DNA of 64,000 bases from an uncultured Anaeroplasmataceae bacterium (GCA_964547945.1 CAZJPL010000001.1:345-64344); one strand, 5' to 3'. Numbered from the stretch's first letter, positions 17,296 to 27,215 are shown. A program made the numbers and translations. The notes: generated by a model from the sequence alone, not told the origin.

Positions 17296-19776
17296 TTATT
17301 CAGCAAAATAAACATTAATGCTTGTAATATAACAACGAGCATTTTCTGTACTTGCACATTGAATAGTAAATGAAGTAATTCCTTCAGCATATTCTATAGT
17401 GTATGTAGTAGGAGTATCAGAAGATGTTAGAAGTTCATCAGAACCAGTTACTGATAATGACGCTTCATAAGAAGTACTATGAGAATAGAAGGTAATTTCT
17501 ATACTAGCAATTGTTGCCCCCCCAGATACTGTAAAAGTCATTGAGGTACCATTACCATCAGAAACGTTTAAATTTGGATATAACCTTAATACTCCTTCTG
17601 TTGTAGCAAATACAGTTGAAGATCCAGAGTTTTGAGCTGTCGTAACAGTCCAAACTTCAGAGTCTAAATTAACTGAGCTAGCATAATTAACGCTTGCATC
17701 ACTTAAATTTCCGTTAGATGCAACGGTGGCTTTTATAACAGCATCTGCATCTGATACGTTTTCGTCTTCAGAACCTTCTTCGCTATCTCCAGGTTCAGCT
17801 TCAGCCACTAACACGATATCACTTTCTGAAAGTGGACAAATTTCATATATTTTGCTTGAATTATACCAAGTATAATAACCAGAAACAGTATAAGTATTTC
17901 CTACAACAAATAATTGACTAGGTGTGAAACTGCTATAAATTGTAGAATCTTTATATATAGTTATTTCATTATCGCCAACTGTAAGAACTACTGAAGAGCT
18001 AGAAACTGATTTTACAACACCAGTAACAGAAACATATCCACCTTGATATGTGTCAGTATCTACACCACTAGAAACTGCTTCTGTAATATCAGTAGCTGTT
18101 GGAAAATTATTTCCTACACTTACTACTGTAACAGTATCAATACTTGTAGGGACAATTTCATGTACATTATTATAAATAGCTTTTGTTCCGCTTATAGTTA
18201 ATTCGTTACCAACTACGAATTTACTTTCAAATTCTGTTTGATCAACTCCATACCAATATACATAGTAACCACCAACAGAATCGCTTGTTAAATAAGCATA
18301 ACAATATGAACTTCTACATCCTACTGCGTATACTATACCAGTAACAGTAATTGAATCGCCATCTTCAGCATTATAATATGTATCATATTCAGATGAATAT
18401 TCTTTAAGAGAGAATGTAAATTCAATAGTGTCTGTAGCTGTTCCTAAATCATCATCACTTACAGTAATAGTTGCTTTTAAAGTAACAACTACTTCATCTG
18501 ATGGATAATCTACTATAGTTAATACATTGCCTTCTGTGCTTACATATTCACTATCAGCTGACCATTCTACAGTTACTCTTGAATCATCAGATTGATATAA
18601 TGAAACTGCTTCATATTCACTAGTTTTTGTAATAACTGAAGGAATTGAAGTTGCAGAATTTAACTTCATTGTTTCAGTATAAAGAACAGATTCTGCTGTT
18701 TCTTCTACTTTAGTAATAGTAAGATCATCAGTATCTACTAATACAACTTGCCATGTACCATTATAGTTAGTTAAGTAACCTTTAACATCAATTATATCAT
18801 TGATTGTTAATTCATTAGATGTAAGATAATCACTTACTTCTTGGAAGTATGCTAATTTAGTTGCTGATGAAGTACTTTCAAATAAATATGAATTTAAAGC
18901 AACAGTAAATGTCTTACCACCTAATTCAGCAGTAATAATAGTTTGAGTTGAACCAGATACACTAACTCCTGATACACTTGTAACAGTCGCTCCTGTTAAT
19001 TCAACATACATACCTGTTTTATATAATAATATGTCGCCATAATCATCAGTATTATCATTTATAAAATCTTCATTTAAATTATAAGCACCTTGATCTACAT
19101 ATGCTGTTAAATCAGATTCTATAGTGATTGAAGCACCTGAACCAATTTGATGACCTTGATTATAAACATCTTTTGAACCAGAAATAGTAATAGCTGTACC
19201 AACTGATAATGAATCATATACATCTTGAGAAGCTGATGCTCTAAATGCATAGAAACCACCTAAATAATTTGAATCAGTCATATATAAACAGAAATTACTA
19301 TAGCTTGCACTATATTCACCTAAATAAGTAATATAACCAGTGATACTTACTGATGAACCTGATGCAGCATCATAGAAGTTAGTAACTACTTCTTGAGGAT
19401 CTACTGCAGCTGTTATTTTTACTCTAAATTGTTTAGTAGCTGTTTCTTTATTGTATGTCAATGTAGCTGTAAAATAAGCTCTTACATCATCTTCTTGACG
19501 ATTAACAACAGCTGTATAAGTTCCATCACTATTAGCAGTGAAAGATATATAATCTTCAGATCCTTCATCAGCTGCCCAAGTAACAGTAGCAGTAGCACTA
19601 CCTGCTGTTATAGAACCAGGAACAGTAAAGTTCGCTGCTACTTCTTGACCATCTTCAGTTAGTATTAATCTACTAATAAGATCTTCTGCTGTATAGTCAT
19701 CACTACATGATGCTAAAGTGAAAACCCCAAGTAATACCAAAGCTAAAGCTGTGAATAACTTTGTAATTTTTTTCAT
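17296..19776 (-). CDS. large surface lipoprotein with an internally duplicated Ig-like + OB-like module array (putative nucleic-acid binding)
   Basis: Lipobox LASC|SD. Two copies of the unit [Ig-like ...VTW..D...; barrel 1 ITGYITYLG...TISGSKDVYNQGHQI / VTGIVYAVG...TISGTKAIYNNVHEI; barrel 2 ...VKGYLTNYNGTWQVV / ...VSGYYTWYNSSKIYEI]. Confidence 0.6.
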   Translation of the reverse strand: MKKITKLFTALALVLLGVFTLASCSDDYTAEDLISRLILTEDGQEVAANFTVPGSITAGSATATVTWAADEGSEDYISFTANSDGTYTAVVNRQEDDVRAYFTATLTYNKETATKQFRVKITAAVDPQEVVTNFYDAASGSSVSITGYITYLGEYSASYSNFCLYMTDSNYLGGFYAFRASASQDVYDSLSVGTAITISGSKDVYNQGHQIGSGASITIESDLTAYVDQGAYNLNEDFINDNTDDYGDILLYKTGMYVELTGATVTSVSGVSVSGSTQTIITAELGGKTFTVALNSYLFESTSSATKLAYFQEVSDYLTSNELTINDIIDVKGYLTNYNGTWQVVLVDTDDLTITKVEETAESVLYTETMKLNSATSIPSVITKTSEYEAVSLYQSDDSRVTVEWSADSEYVSTEGNVLTIVDYPSDEVVVTLKATITVSDDDLGTATDTIEFTFSLKEYSSEYDTYYNAEDGDSITVTGIVYAVGCRSSYCYAYLTSDSVGGYYVYWYGVDQTEFESKFVVGNELTISGTKAIYNNVHEIVPTSIDTVTVVSVGNNFPTATDITEAVSSGVDTDTYQGGYVSVTGVVKSVSSSSVVLTVGDNEITIYKDSTIYSSFTPSQLFVVGNTYTVSGYYTWYNSSKIYEICPLSESDIVLVAEAEPGDSEEGSEDENVSDADAVIKATVASNGNLSDASVNYASSVNLDSEVWTVTTAQNSGSSTVFATTEGVLRLYPNLNVSDGNGTSMTFTVSGGATIASIEITFYSHSTSYEASLSVTGSDELLTSSDTPTTYTIEYAEGITSFTIQCASTENARCYITSINVYFAE

Positions 19777-19805
19777 TTTATTCTCCTTGTTTTTTGTATT
19801 TATGA

Positions 19806-21011
19806 TTAAGAAACTATCTTTAATTCACTAAAATTATTAACTACGAAACTAATCTCCATATCGCTAGAACTTGTTCCGTTTACATTAAATCCAAACACAG
19901 AAATTTCATGACCAATATAATCTTGGATATTAATTTCTTCTGTTATTTCAACAGTAAATGTAACATATACTATGCCAGCACTTTCTTGATTTATTCTATA
20001 AGTAGTACCAGTGAATGTATAAGTTGTTCCATCATTTGTAACATCTGTTACAGTAATATTTTCAAAAGCAAAACTAGGTTTAGAAACATTTGAACCCATA
20101 CCAAAGGTTAAATAATAACCTGCTGTTACTATTGATGATGAGTAGGTTACAGTTGAACCATATTGAACACCTGAAATTTGCCAATTACCATAATATTGCT
20201 GAACAGTTCCTACAACAATAACTCTATTACCTTGATTTTTCAAGATAGCTGCTGAGGTATTGTGTAAGTAAACAGTAATACTATAATATTCACCATCAAT
20301 ATAATCAGTTAAAGTTATATAGGAATTATCATAGTAATCAGAAATATAACCTTCTACAGAAACCATCATGTTAACTAGGTCTTCTATATTTTCAAGTAAA
20401 GATTTTACATCATAACTAGTTGGAGTGTCTGAGAATAATGGATCATCTTCATCAGACCAAATATGTAATGAATTATTTTTAGCATATGTTTGAGCTTCTG
20501 CAAAATAATCAGCATATTTTCCTTGACCAACTGCTGTACTTTCTGAATAACCATTTTGAACTAATTCAAGGTTAAGATTACGATATTCAGCATCTTCACT
20601 TGATTTATACCATACATAGCCTAAATAACGACCATAAGAATCTGTACGAGAACCACTTGCAGGTTCATATTCTAATACTATGCTAACAGCACTTTCTAAT
20701 TTTTCTTTAGTAAAATTAGAAGCTGCTAAACCCCATTTTTCAACATCGCCAGTAGATTCTGGGGTGTCAATACCATAGAATCTAAGTGTGACAGTCCCCG
20801 CAGAATCTGAAAATCTAGCTGTATCGCCATCAGTTACTGACAATAAAGTCACTTCACCGATGCCGTCATTTATAAAAGATAAACCTTCAAAATCACTTTC
20901 TAATTTTAAAGTACCTGTAACATCATCTGTTGTAGATGAACAACTTGTTAAACCTAATGCACCACTAAATAAAATGACAAGACAAACTAACCATTTTATT
21001 GTTTTTCTCAT
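19806..21011 (-). CDS. staphylococcal-nuclease (SNase/thermonuclease) domain lipoprotein with C-terminal OB-like module
   Basis: Lipobox LTSC|SS; SNase motifs VTDGDTARF, LRFYGIDTPES, DSYGRYLGYVWY, LNLELVQNGYS. Confidence 0.88.
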   Translation of the reverse strand: MRKTIKWLVCLVILFSGALGLTSCSSTTDDVTGTLKLESDFEGLSFINDGIGEVTLLSVTDGDTARFSDSAGTVTLRFYGIDTPESTGDVEKWGLAASNFTKEKLESAVSIVLEYEPASGSRTDSYGRYLGYVWYKSSEDAEYRNLNLELVQNGYSESTAVGQGKYADYFAEAQTYAKNNSLHIWSDEDDPLFSDTPTSYDVKSLLENIEDLVNMMVSVEGYISDYYDNSYITLTDYIDGEYYSITVYLHNTSAAILKNQGNRVIVVGTVQQYYGNWQISGVQYGSTVTYSSSIVTAGYYLTFGMGSNVSKPSFAFENITVTDVTNDGTTYTFTGTTYRINQESAGIVYVTFTVEITEEINIQDYIGHEISVFGFNVNGTSSSDMEISFVVNNFSELKIVS

Positions 21012-21017
21012 AATTAC

Positions 21018-22421
21018 CTAGAATGTACATTCATCGTATGCATCTTGTAATGCATCTTTTGGATCAGTTCCATTTAATACATACACTAAAGCATAACCGA
21101 TTTGTGTACGTGCAGTATTTGAACCACTGAATGCAGGAGATACGAAGTACATATCATAATTTTCTAATGCGAAATTAATTGTTTGAGCAATTAAATCATC
21201 TGATGATGATAACCATTCACTATAAGGAACTGCTACACCTTCAGAATCTTCTATAGTAACTGAAGTAACATCTTGAGCACTTAATCTAACAGGAATATAA
21301 CCAGATTGTGCTGAGAATTCAGCTTGGAATTCTGGTTCTAATAACATTTTTACAAATTCCCAAGTTGCTCTTTCTTTATCATCATCACCTTGGTCTAACA
21401 TAACAAGAGAAGGACCTTGGTTAATTGATTTAGGATTAGTAGGATCTACTTGTGGAATTGATGTAACTCCAACTTCAAAATCATCAGAATCTTGATAGCT
21501 TGCACCAGCTGAAGAACCAATTGAGAATACACATGATTCTATAGTATATACATAATCACTCGCTGATGAATTTGTAGTTTGTCTAGATACTGTAAATAAG
21601 TTAGATGTATAAGAACCATAAATATCTTGAACAGTATATAAACCTTGATCAAAATATTCTTTTAATGTAGTAAGTAAACCTGCAACATCATCATTATTGA
21701 ATAAATAATATGGTGATTCAGATGAAGTATAATCATAACCATATTGTTCACATAAAGTTATCATCCAGTTATCAACACTATCATAACCCATTGGAACCCA
21801 TTCTGAATAAACACTATTTTTAATTTTAGAGCATACATCCCAGAATGTTTCCCAAGTCCAGTTATCTATATCATCAACTGTTTCTTGATCTAAAACGCCT
21901 CTTTCTACTAAATCTTCTAATGCATCAATATTGTAATACATAACTTCTGTTGATTTAGAGAAAGGAACTGTATACATACCATCTTCAATTGAAGAACCAC
22001 CAAAAGCTTCATAACCTTCAGCCCAATAACCTTCAATAAAATCAGCTATTTCTTCATCAGTATAACCAATTTCATCATCAAGAATGAACTCACTTAAATC
22101 AACAACTACATTTGCTTCTAAATATTCAGCAACGTGATCTGGATAGCAATATGCTAAATCAGGTAAATTACCTGTAGCTAAATCAGCAATAACTGCTTCT
22201 TTAACGCCATCATAACCACCACTTATTACAGTTACATCAACTTGATAATCATCATGAGTTGAATTAAACTCTTCTGCTACTGCTTCAAGCAATGGTGATA
22301 AACTTGTACCTGCTGAAGTATAGAAGGTAATCGTATTATCTGATGAAGATCCACATGAAGCAAGTGAAAAAACTCCCAAACCAGCTAATACCAAAGAAGT
22401 AAACAATTTTGAATGTTTCAT
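21018..22421 (-). CDS. ABC transporter substrate-binding lipoprotein (solute-binding family 1, CUT1-type)
   Basis: Lipobox LASC|GSS; family-1 SBP pattern; directly downstream of the MalFG-type permease genes. Confidence 0.85.
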   Translation of the reverse strand: MKHSKLFTSLVLAGLGVFSLASCGSSSDNTITFYTSAGTSLSPLLEAVAEEFNSTHDDYQVDVTVISGGYDGVKEAVIADLATGNLPDLAYCYPDHVAEYLEANVVVDLSEFILDDEIGYTDEEIADFIEGYWAEGYEAFGGSSIEDGMYTVPFSKSTEVMYYNIDALEDLVERGVLDQETVDDIDNWTWETFWDVCSKIKNSVYSEWVPMGYDSVDNWMITLCEQYGYDYTSSESPYYLFNNDDVAGLLTTLKEYFDQGLYTVQDIYGSYTSNLFTVSRQTTNSSASDYVYTIESCVFSIGSSAGASYQDSDDFEVGVTSIPQVDPTNPKSINQGPSLVMLDQGDDDKERATWEFVKMLLEPEFQAEFSAQSGYIPVRLSAQDVTSVTIEDSEGVAVPYSEWLSSSDDLIAQTINFALENYDMYFVSPAFSGSNTARTQIGYALVYVLNGTDPKDALQDAYDECTF

Positions 22422-22478
22422 ATTTTCTCCTTTTATTTTTTGTTTAAATATATGTAATAAACTAGCTTATGCTAGATA

Positions 22479-23405
22479 TTACCCCTTAATACCACTTCTA
22501 GATACGCCACGCATAATATATTTTCTAAAACAGAAGAATAATATTAATAGTGGAATAGTTGTAATAACTGAAGCCGCCATTCTAATAGGGACAACAATAT
22601 TACTACTATCACCAGAAGCAGGATAACCACTTGAACTCATCCAGTTAGAAATAAGCTGATATGCTTTATTCTTATTAACTAATTGAGGCCAAATGTATGA
22701 GTTCCATACACCTATAATCTTTAATAATAAGATTGATATTAAAGTAGGTGAAGCTAAAGGAACCATAACTTTAAATAAATATTTAAAATCAGACACACCA
22801 TCTATTTTAGCTGCTTTATATAATTCATCAGGAACTTGTTTAAAAGTATTCCTTAATAAATAGATATAATAAACACTAATCATAAATGGTAAGATTAAAG
22901 CTGTTAAAGTATTTCTTAAATTCATATCTGATATAGTAACAAAGTTAGTGATTGTATATAATTCACCAGGAATCATCATTGTTGCTAATAACAAAGTGAA
23001 TAGTAAATTTTTTCCTTTAAACTCTAATCTAGCAAATGCATAAGCTGTAAATATTGTAACTAATAATCCAAGGCCTGTAGAAGTTATAGCAACTAATATT
23101 GTATTAACAATAGCTGTTGAAAATGAACCTCCACCAGAGCTTGTATAAGTAAACGCATCAACATAATTTGACCACTGCAATGTTTCAGGAATCATATCTG
23201 TTATTTCAGTAAATGTACGATATTCTAAATCAGTCATAAGCGATGATAAAATCATGAATATGAATGGGAATACTGAACAAATTGCACATATAGTCAAAAT
23301 TATATATAAAACTGTTTGAGCTGTAATATGTGCAGCTAAACTTTTACGTTTTGTTCTTTTGACTTGAGTTTGATAAGATGTTTGATTAACTGTCGCTTGC
23401 ATCAT
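22479..23405 (-). CDS. carbohydrate-type ABC transporter permease (MalG/UgpE-like)
   Basis: Six TM segments; EAA loop ELYKAAKIDGVSDFKYLFKVMVPLASP. Confidence 0.9.
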   Translation of the reverse strand: MMQATVNQTSYQTQVKRTKRKSLAAHITAQTVLYIILTICAICSVFPFIFMILSSLMTDLEYRTFTEITDMIPETLQWSNYVDAFTYTSSGGGSFSTAIVNTILVAITSTGLGLLVTIFTAYAFARLEFKGKNLLFTLLLATMMIPGELYTITNFVTISDMNLRNTLTALILPFMISVYYIYLLRNTFKQVPDELYKAAKIDGVSDFKYLFKVMVPLASPTLISILLLKIIGVWNSYIWPQLVNKNKAYQLISNWMSSSGYPASGDSSNIVVPIRMAASVITTIPLLILFFCFRKYIMRGVSRSGIKG

Positions 23406-23413
23406 ATCACCTC

Positions 23414-24421
23414 TTAATAATGAACTGTCTTCTTACTAATCCATTGATTAATAAGAGTAAAGACTAAAATAATTCCAAATAGTATTAAAGCACCAGCAGA
23501 TGCTAGACCTAATCTACTATCTTCTAACATATCGTAGATGAAACCAACTATAGTATTCATCTCACCATTTATTTGACCCATATTAGTACCAAAGATACCT
23601 ACGATTGATGTATATTCTTTAAATCCACCAATGAAACCTGTTACTACTAAATAAGATAAAATTGGTGAAATTAAAGGAACAGTAACATGCATCATAGTTC
23701 TAAATTGACTAGCTCCATCTATCTTAGCTGCTTCATAATATTGTTTATTAACACTTTGAAGAGCTGAGAAGATAATCAATATCTTAAATGGTAATGCTGC
23801 CCAAATAGAATATAAGATAACTACAGTACGAGCAGCCCAATCAGAAGCTGAAGTATTAACCCATACTATAGGGTCTATTCCAAAGAAACTTAATAATGTA
23901 TTAACAAAACCAATAGATGTAGCACCTTCAATAGTTCCACTCGAACTAACTACATTAAACATGGCCGAGAAAACAGCACCGATAGCTAAAGCGTTTGTTA
24001 AATATGGTAAGAAAAATACTGTTTGATATACTTTTTGTAACCATTTAATTGAATTTAGCCACACAGAAATTAACAAGGCTAAAATTGTTGAAATAGGTAC
24101 TGATATAAAAGCAAATAACAGTGTATTTATTAAGCATGTTTGAAAATTGCCATAAGAAATAACTTTAGTAAAGTTAGCAATTCCCCAACCATCAAATGCT
24201 TTAGTTGTAGATTTATAATCTTCCATAAATGCTGTAATACATGTTTTGATGATAGGATATACAGTAAATAATCCTATAAACACTAAAGCAGGAATTAAAT
24301 ATAAATAACCTTTATTATGTTCAAAAGCTTTTCTAATTCTAACTTTTAAAGGTTTTTTATCAAATGGACTTTTTTCAACCACTAAGGCTTCATCTTGAAC
24401 AACAATGTTTTCTTGTTCCAT
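23414..24421 (-). CDS. carbohydrate-type ABC transporter permease (MalF/UgpA-like)
   Basis: EAA loop YYEAAKIDGASQFRTMMHVTVPLISP. Confidence 0.9.
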   Translation of the reverse strand: MEQENIVVQDEALVVEKSPFDKKPLKVRIRKAFEHNKGYLYLIPALVFIGLFTVYPIIKTCITAFMEDYKSTTKAFDGWGIANFTKVISYGNFQTCLINTLLFAFISVPISTILALLISVWLNSIKWLQKVYQTVFFLPYLTNALAIGAVFSAMFNVVSSSGTIEGATSIGFVNTLLSFFGIDPIVWVNTSASDWAARTVVILYSIWAALPFKILIIFSALQSVNKQYYEAAKIDGASQFRTMMHVTVPLISPILSYLVVTGFIGGFKEYTSIVGIFGTNMGQINGEMNTIVGFIYDMLEDSRLGLASAGALILFGIILVFTLINQWISKKTVHY

Positions 24422-25488
24422 TATCTAAGCCTCTCTTCCGTTTCGGCATCAAATAGCAAGACTTTTTGAGGCCTTAAGTTGAATTTAATCTCTCCTTCTG
24501 ATGGCATATTTGTTAAAGAATCAACTATAGATCTAATAGTAGGTTTAGTACTTTCAGGATGTTTAGATACGATAGTAATATCTCTACCCATTACTTCTAA
24601 GTGATCAATATTAGTAGTAAATACACCATTAGGATCAACAACAAATCCTTCAGGACGAATGCCAACAAATATATCTCTATCTTCTAGATGAGTATCCATA
24701 ATTTTTTCTTCACCTATATATACTCCACCATCTTTAATTACACCTTTAAATATATTAATTGGAGGAGTTCCTAAGAAGTTAGCAACGAATAAATTAACTG
24801 GATCATCATATACTTCTTGAGGTTTACCAACTTGTTGCATAACACCTAATTTCATAACTACAATGAAATCAGAAATAGACATAGCTTCTTCTTGGTCATG
24901 AGTAACGAAAATAGTTGTTACTCCGGTTTCTCTTTGAATTCTCTTAATTTCTTCCCTTGTTTGTAGACGTAATCTAGCATCTAAGTTAGATAATGGTTCA
25001 TCTAATAATAAAACATTAGGGTCTTTTACTAAAGCTCTTGCGATAGCTACTCTTTGTTGTTGACCACCAGATAATTCACTAGGTTTACGATCCATCAATT
25101 GTTCGATTTGAACTATCTTAGCAGCTTGGAAAGCTTTAACAGCAGCTTCCTTTTTAGGAACTCTAGCACTTTCTAATGGGAATAAAATATTTTTCGCAAC
25201 TGTCATATGTGGATATAACGCATAGTTTTGGAAAACCATTCCTATTCCTCTTTTTTCAGCGGCTAAATCTGTTACATCAGCATCATCAAAATAAATATGA
25301 CCAGATGTAGGTTCTTGCAAACCAGCAATCATATATAGAGTAGTTGATTTACCACAACCTGAAGGTCCTAATAAACCAATTAATTGACCATCTGGAATTT
25401 CAATGGTCAAATCATCTACTGCTCTAACTTCGCTTTTTTGCTTTTTGTTAGTAAAAATCTTAGTTAAGTTTTCAAGTACAACTTTCAT
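24421..25488 (-). CDS. ABC transporter ATP-binding protein (MalK/UgpC/MsmX-like)
   Basis: GPSGCGKST, LSGGQQQRVAIARAL, LLLDEPLSNLD plus a MalK-type C-terminal regulatory domain. Start ATG 25488 after GGAGGA. Confidence 0.93.
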   Translation of the reverse strand: MKVVLENLTKIFTNKKQKSEVRAVDDLTIEIPDGQLIGLLGPSGCGKSTTLYMIAGLQEPTSGHIYFDDADVTDLAAEKRGIGMVFQNYALYPHMTVAKNILFPLESARVPKKEAAVKAFQAAKIVQIEQLMDRKPSELSGGQQQRVAIARALVKDPNVLLLDEPLSNLDARLRLQTREEIKRIQRETGVTTIFVTHDQEEAMSISDFIVVMKLGVMQQVGKPQEVYDDPVNLFVANFLGTPPINIFKGVIKDGGVYIGEEKIMDTHLEDRDIFVGIRPEGFVVDPNGVFTTNIDHLEVMGRDITIVSKHPESTKPTIRSIVDSLTNMPSEGEIKFNLRPQKVLLFDAETEERLR

Positions 25489-25585
25489 AAATCCTCCAAC
25501 TGAGTACAAAACTTATTCAAAATAATTTTATCATAAACAACTATTACAATAAAGTTTTTTATAAATCTTTACAAAAAATTTACAT

Positions 25586-26965
25586 TTAAAACTCTAGGTT
25601 TTTAGGGGTTCTTGGGAACGGAATTACATCTCTTATATTCTCTACTCCAGTGATATACATTAGTAATCTTTCAAAGCCCATTCCAAAACCACTATGAATG
25701 CACCCTCCGTATCTTCTAGTATCTAAATACCAATCCATAGATTCAGGTTCGATATGAAATTGTGCCATTCTCTTTAATAAAATATCCATTCTTTCTTCTC
25801 TTTGAGAACCACCACATAATTCTCCAGATCCCGGAACTAATAAATCGACTGCCGCCACCGTCTTTTTATCATCATTTAAACGCATGTAAAACGCCTTAAT
25901 TTGTTCAGGCCAATCTTTAACAAATACAGGTGATTTAAAATACGTTTCTGTAAGATATTTTTCGTGTTCTCTACCTAAATCTTTTCCATATTCAGGTTCT
26001 TCTTCAAATTTCAGTTTAGCTTCTTTTAATAAAGTAATGGCATCATGATGAGTAATTCTTACAAATTTCTTATCTAGGACATTTTTTAAACGTTCAATTA
26101 AACCTTTTTCAACAAATTTATCAAAAAAGTTCATCTCTTCTTTTGCATGATCTAATACATATTTAATTATATATTTAATCATTTCTTCCATAATATCCAT
26201 ATTATCATTTAAATCATAAAAAGCCATTTCTGGTTCGATCATCCAAAACTCACTAGCATGTCTTAAAGTATTTGAGTTTTCAGCTCTAAAAGCTGGCCCA
26301 AAAGTATAAACATTACTAAAAGCTAAGGCATAAGCTTCTGCCTCTAGTTGACCAGTAACAGTTAGGTTTGCTGGTTTACCAAAAAAATCTTTTGAATAAT
26401 CAATTTCTTTGCCTTGTAATTTATCTAGTTCTAAGGTAGTTACCTGAAACATTTGTCCAGCCCCTTCCCCGTCGTTTGAGGTAATTATAGGACTATGTAA
26501 ATAGACAAATCTTTTTTCTTCAAAAAAATGATGTGTTGCATGAGCACATATACTTCTTACTCTAAATACAGCACTAAATAAATTAGTTCTAGGTCTTAAA
26601 TGAGCATGTTCTCTTAAAAATTCTCTAGTATGTCTTTTAGGTTGAATTGGATAATCTTCACCACAAGTACCAAGAAGTTTATAACTACTTGCTTTAATTT
26701 CAAATGGCTGTTGATTATTTGGTGTTAATACTAAAATACCTTCAACCTCAATTGACATACCTGCTCTTGCTTTTCTAGCTTCTTCAATGCCAATAGTAGT
26801 ATCATCATAAACTATTTGAATGGATTCAAAAAAAGTTCCATCATTCAAAACAATAAAACCAAACGCTTTCTGATCTCTATTATTTCTAACCCAACCTCTA
26901 AGTAATACTTTTTTACCTTCATATTTTTTAGGGTCAGCAAATAATTGGTAGCTTAAATCTCTCAT
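25586..26965 (-). CDS. asnS: asparagine--tRNA ligase
   Basis: Class IIb aaRS: N-terminal OB, FRAENSNTLRHASEFWMIEPE, GFGMGFERL. Confidence 0.96.
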   Translation of the reverse strand: MRDLSYQLFADPKKYEGKKVLLRGWVRNNRDQKAFGFIVLNDGTFFESIQIVYDDTTIGIEEARKARAGMSIEVEGILVLTPNNQQPFEIKASSYKLLGTCGEDYPIQPKRHTREFLREHAHLRPRTNLFSAVFRVRSICAHATHHFFEEKRFVYLHSPIITSNDGEGAGQMFQVTTLELDKLQGKEIDYSKDFFGKPANLTVTGQLEAEAYALAFSNVYTFGPAFRAENSNTLRHASEFWMIEPEMAFYDLNDNMDIMEEMIKYIIKYVLDHAKEEMNFFDKFVEKGLIERLKNVLDKKFVRITHHDAITLLKEAKLKFEEEPEYGKDLGREHEKYLTETYFKSPVFVKDWPEQIKAFYMRLNDDKKTVAAVDLLVPGSGELCGGSQREERMDILLKRMAQFHIEPESMDWYLDTRRYGGCIHSGFGMGFERLLMYITGVENIRDVIPFPRTPKNLEF

Positions 26966-27215
26966 TCTAAATCTCCTCAGTTATATAAATTTCTATATAA
27001 GGACGAATCAAATCCGCGGTACCACCTTATTTCTAGATAGTTTATATATCTAGCTCTCAAATCTGTTAACGCCAGAAATCGGATAGTTCTACTTTGTTTA
27101 TTTTCCTCTACCAGTTATGAAGATGTTGTCCGATAATCTCTTTTGTTTGTTTTCACCAACCACAAACTCTCTTAAAAAATCAATTATCTTTCTTCTTCAC
27201 ATTACTTTATTATGC
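26966..27215 (-). promoter_or_regulatory. T-box leader (Asn specifier AAC) upstream of asnS
   Basis: Minus strand has the AG bulge AGAGAG, distal loop GGTTGGTGAAA, specifier context GGACAACATC (AAC at 27125-27127) and the T-box AAGGTGGTACCGCGG (core 27014-27026). Promoter TAGACA, 17 nt, TATCAT. Confidence 0.85.
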
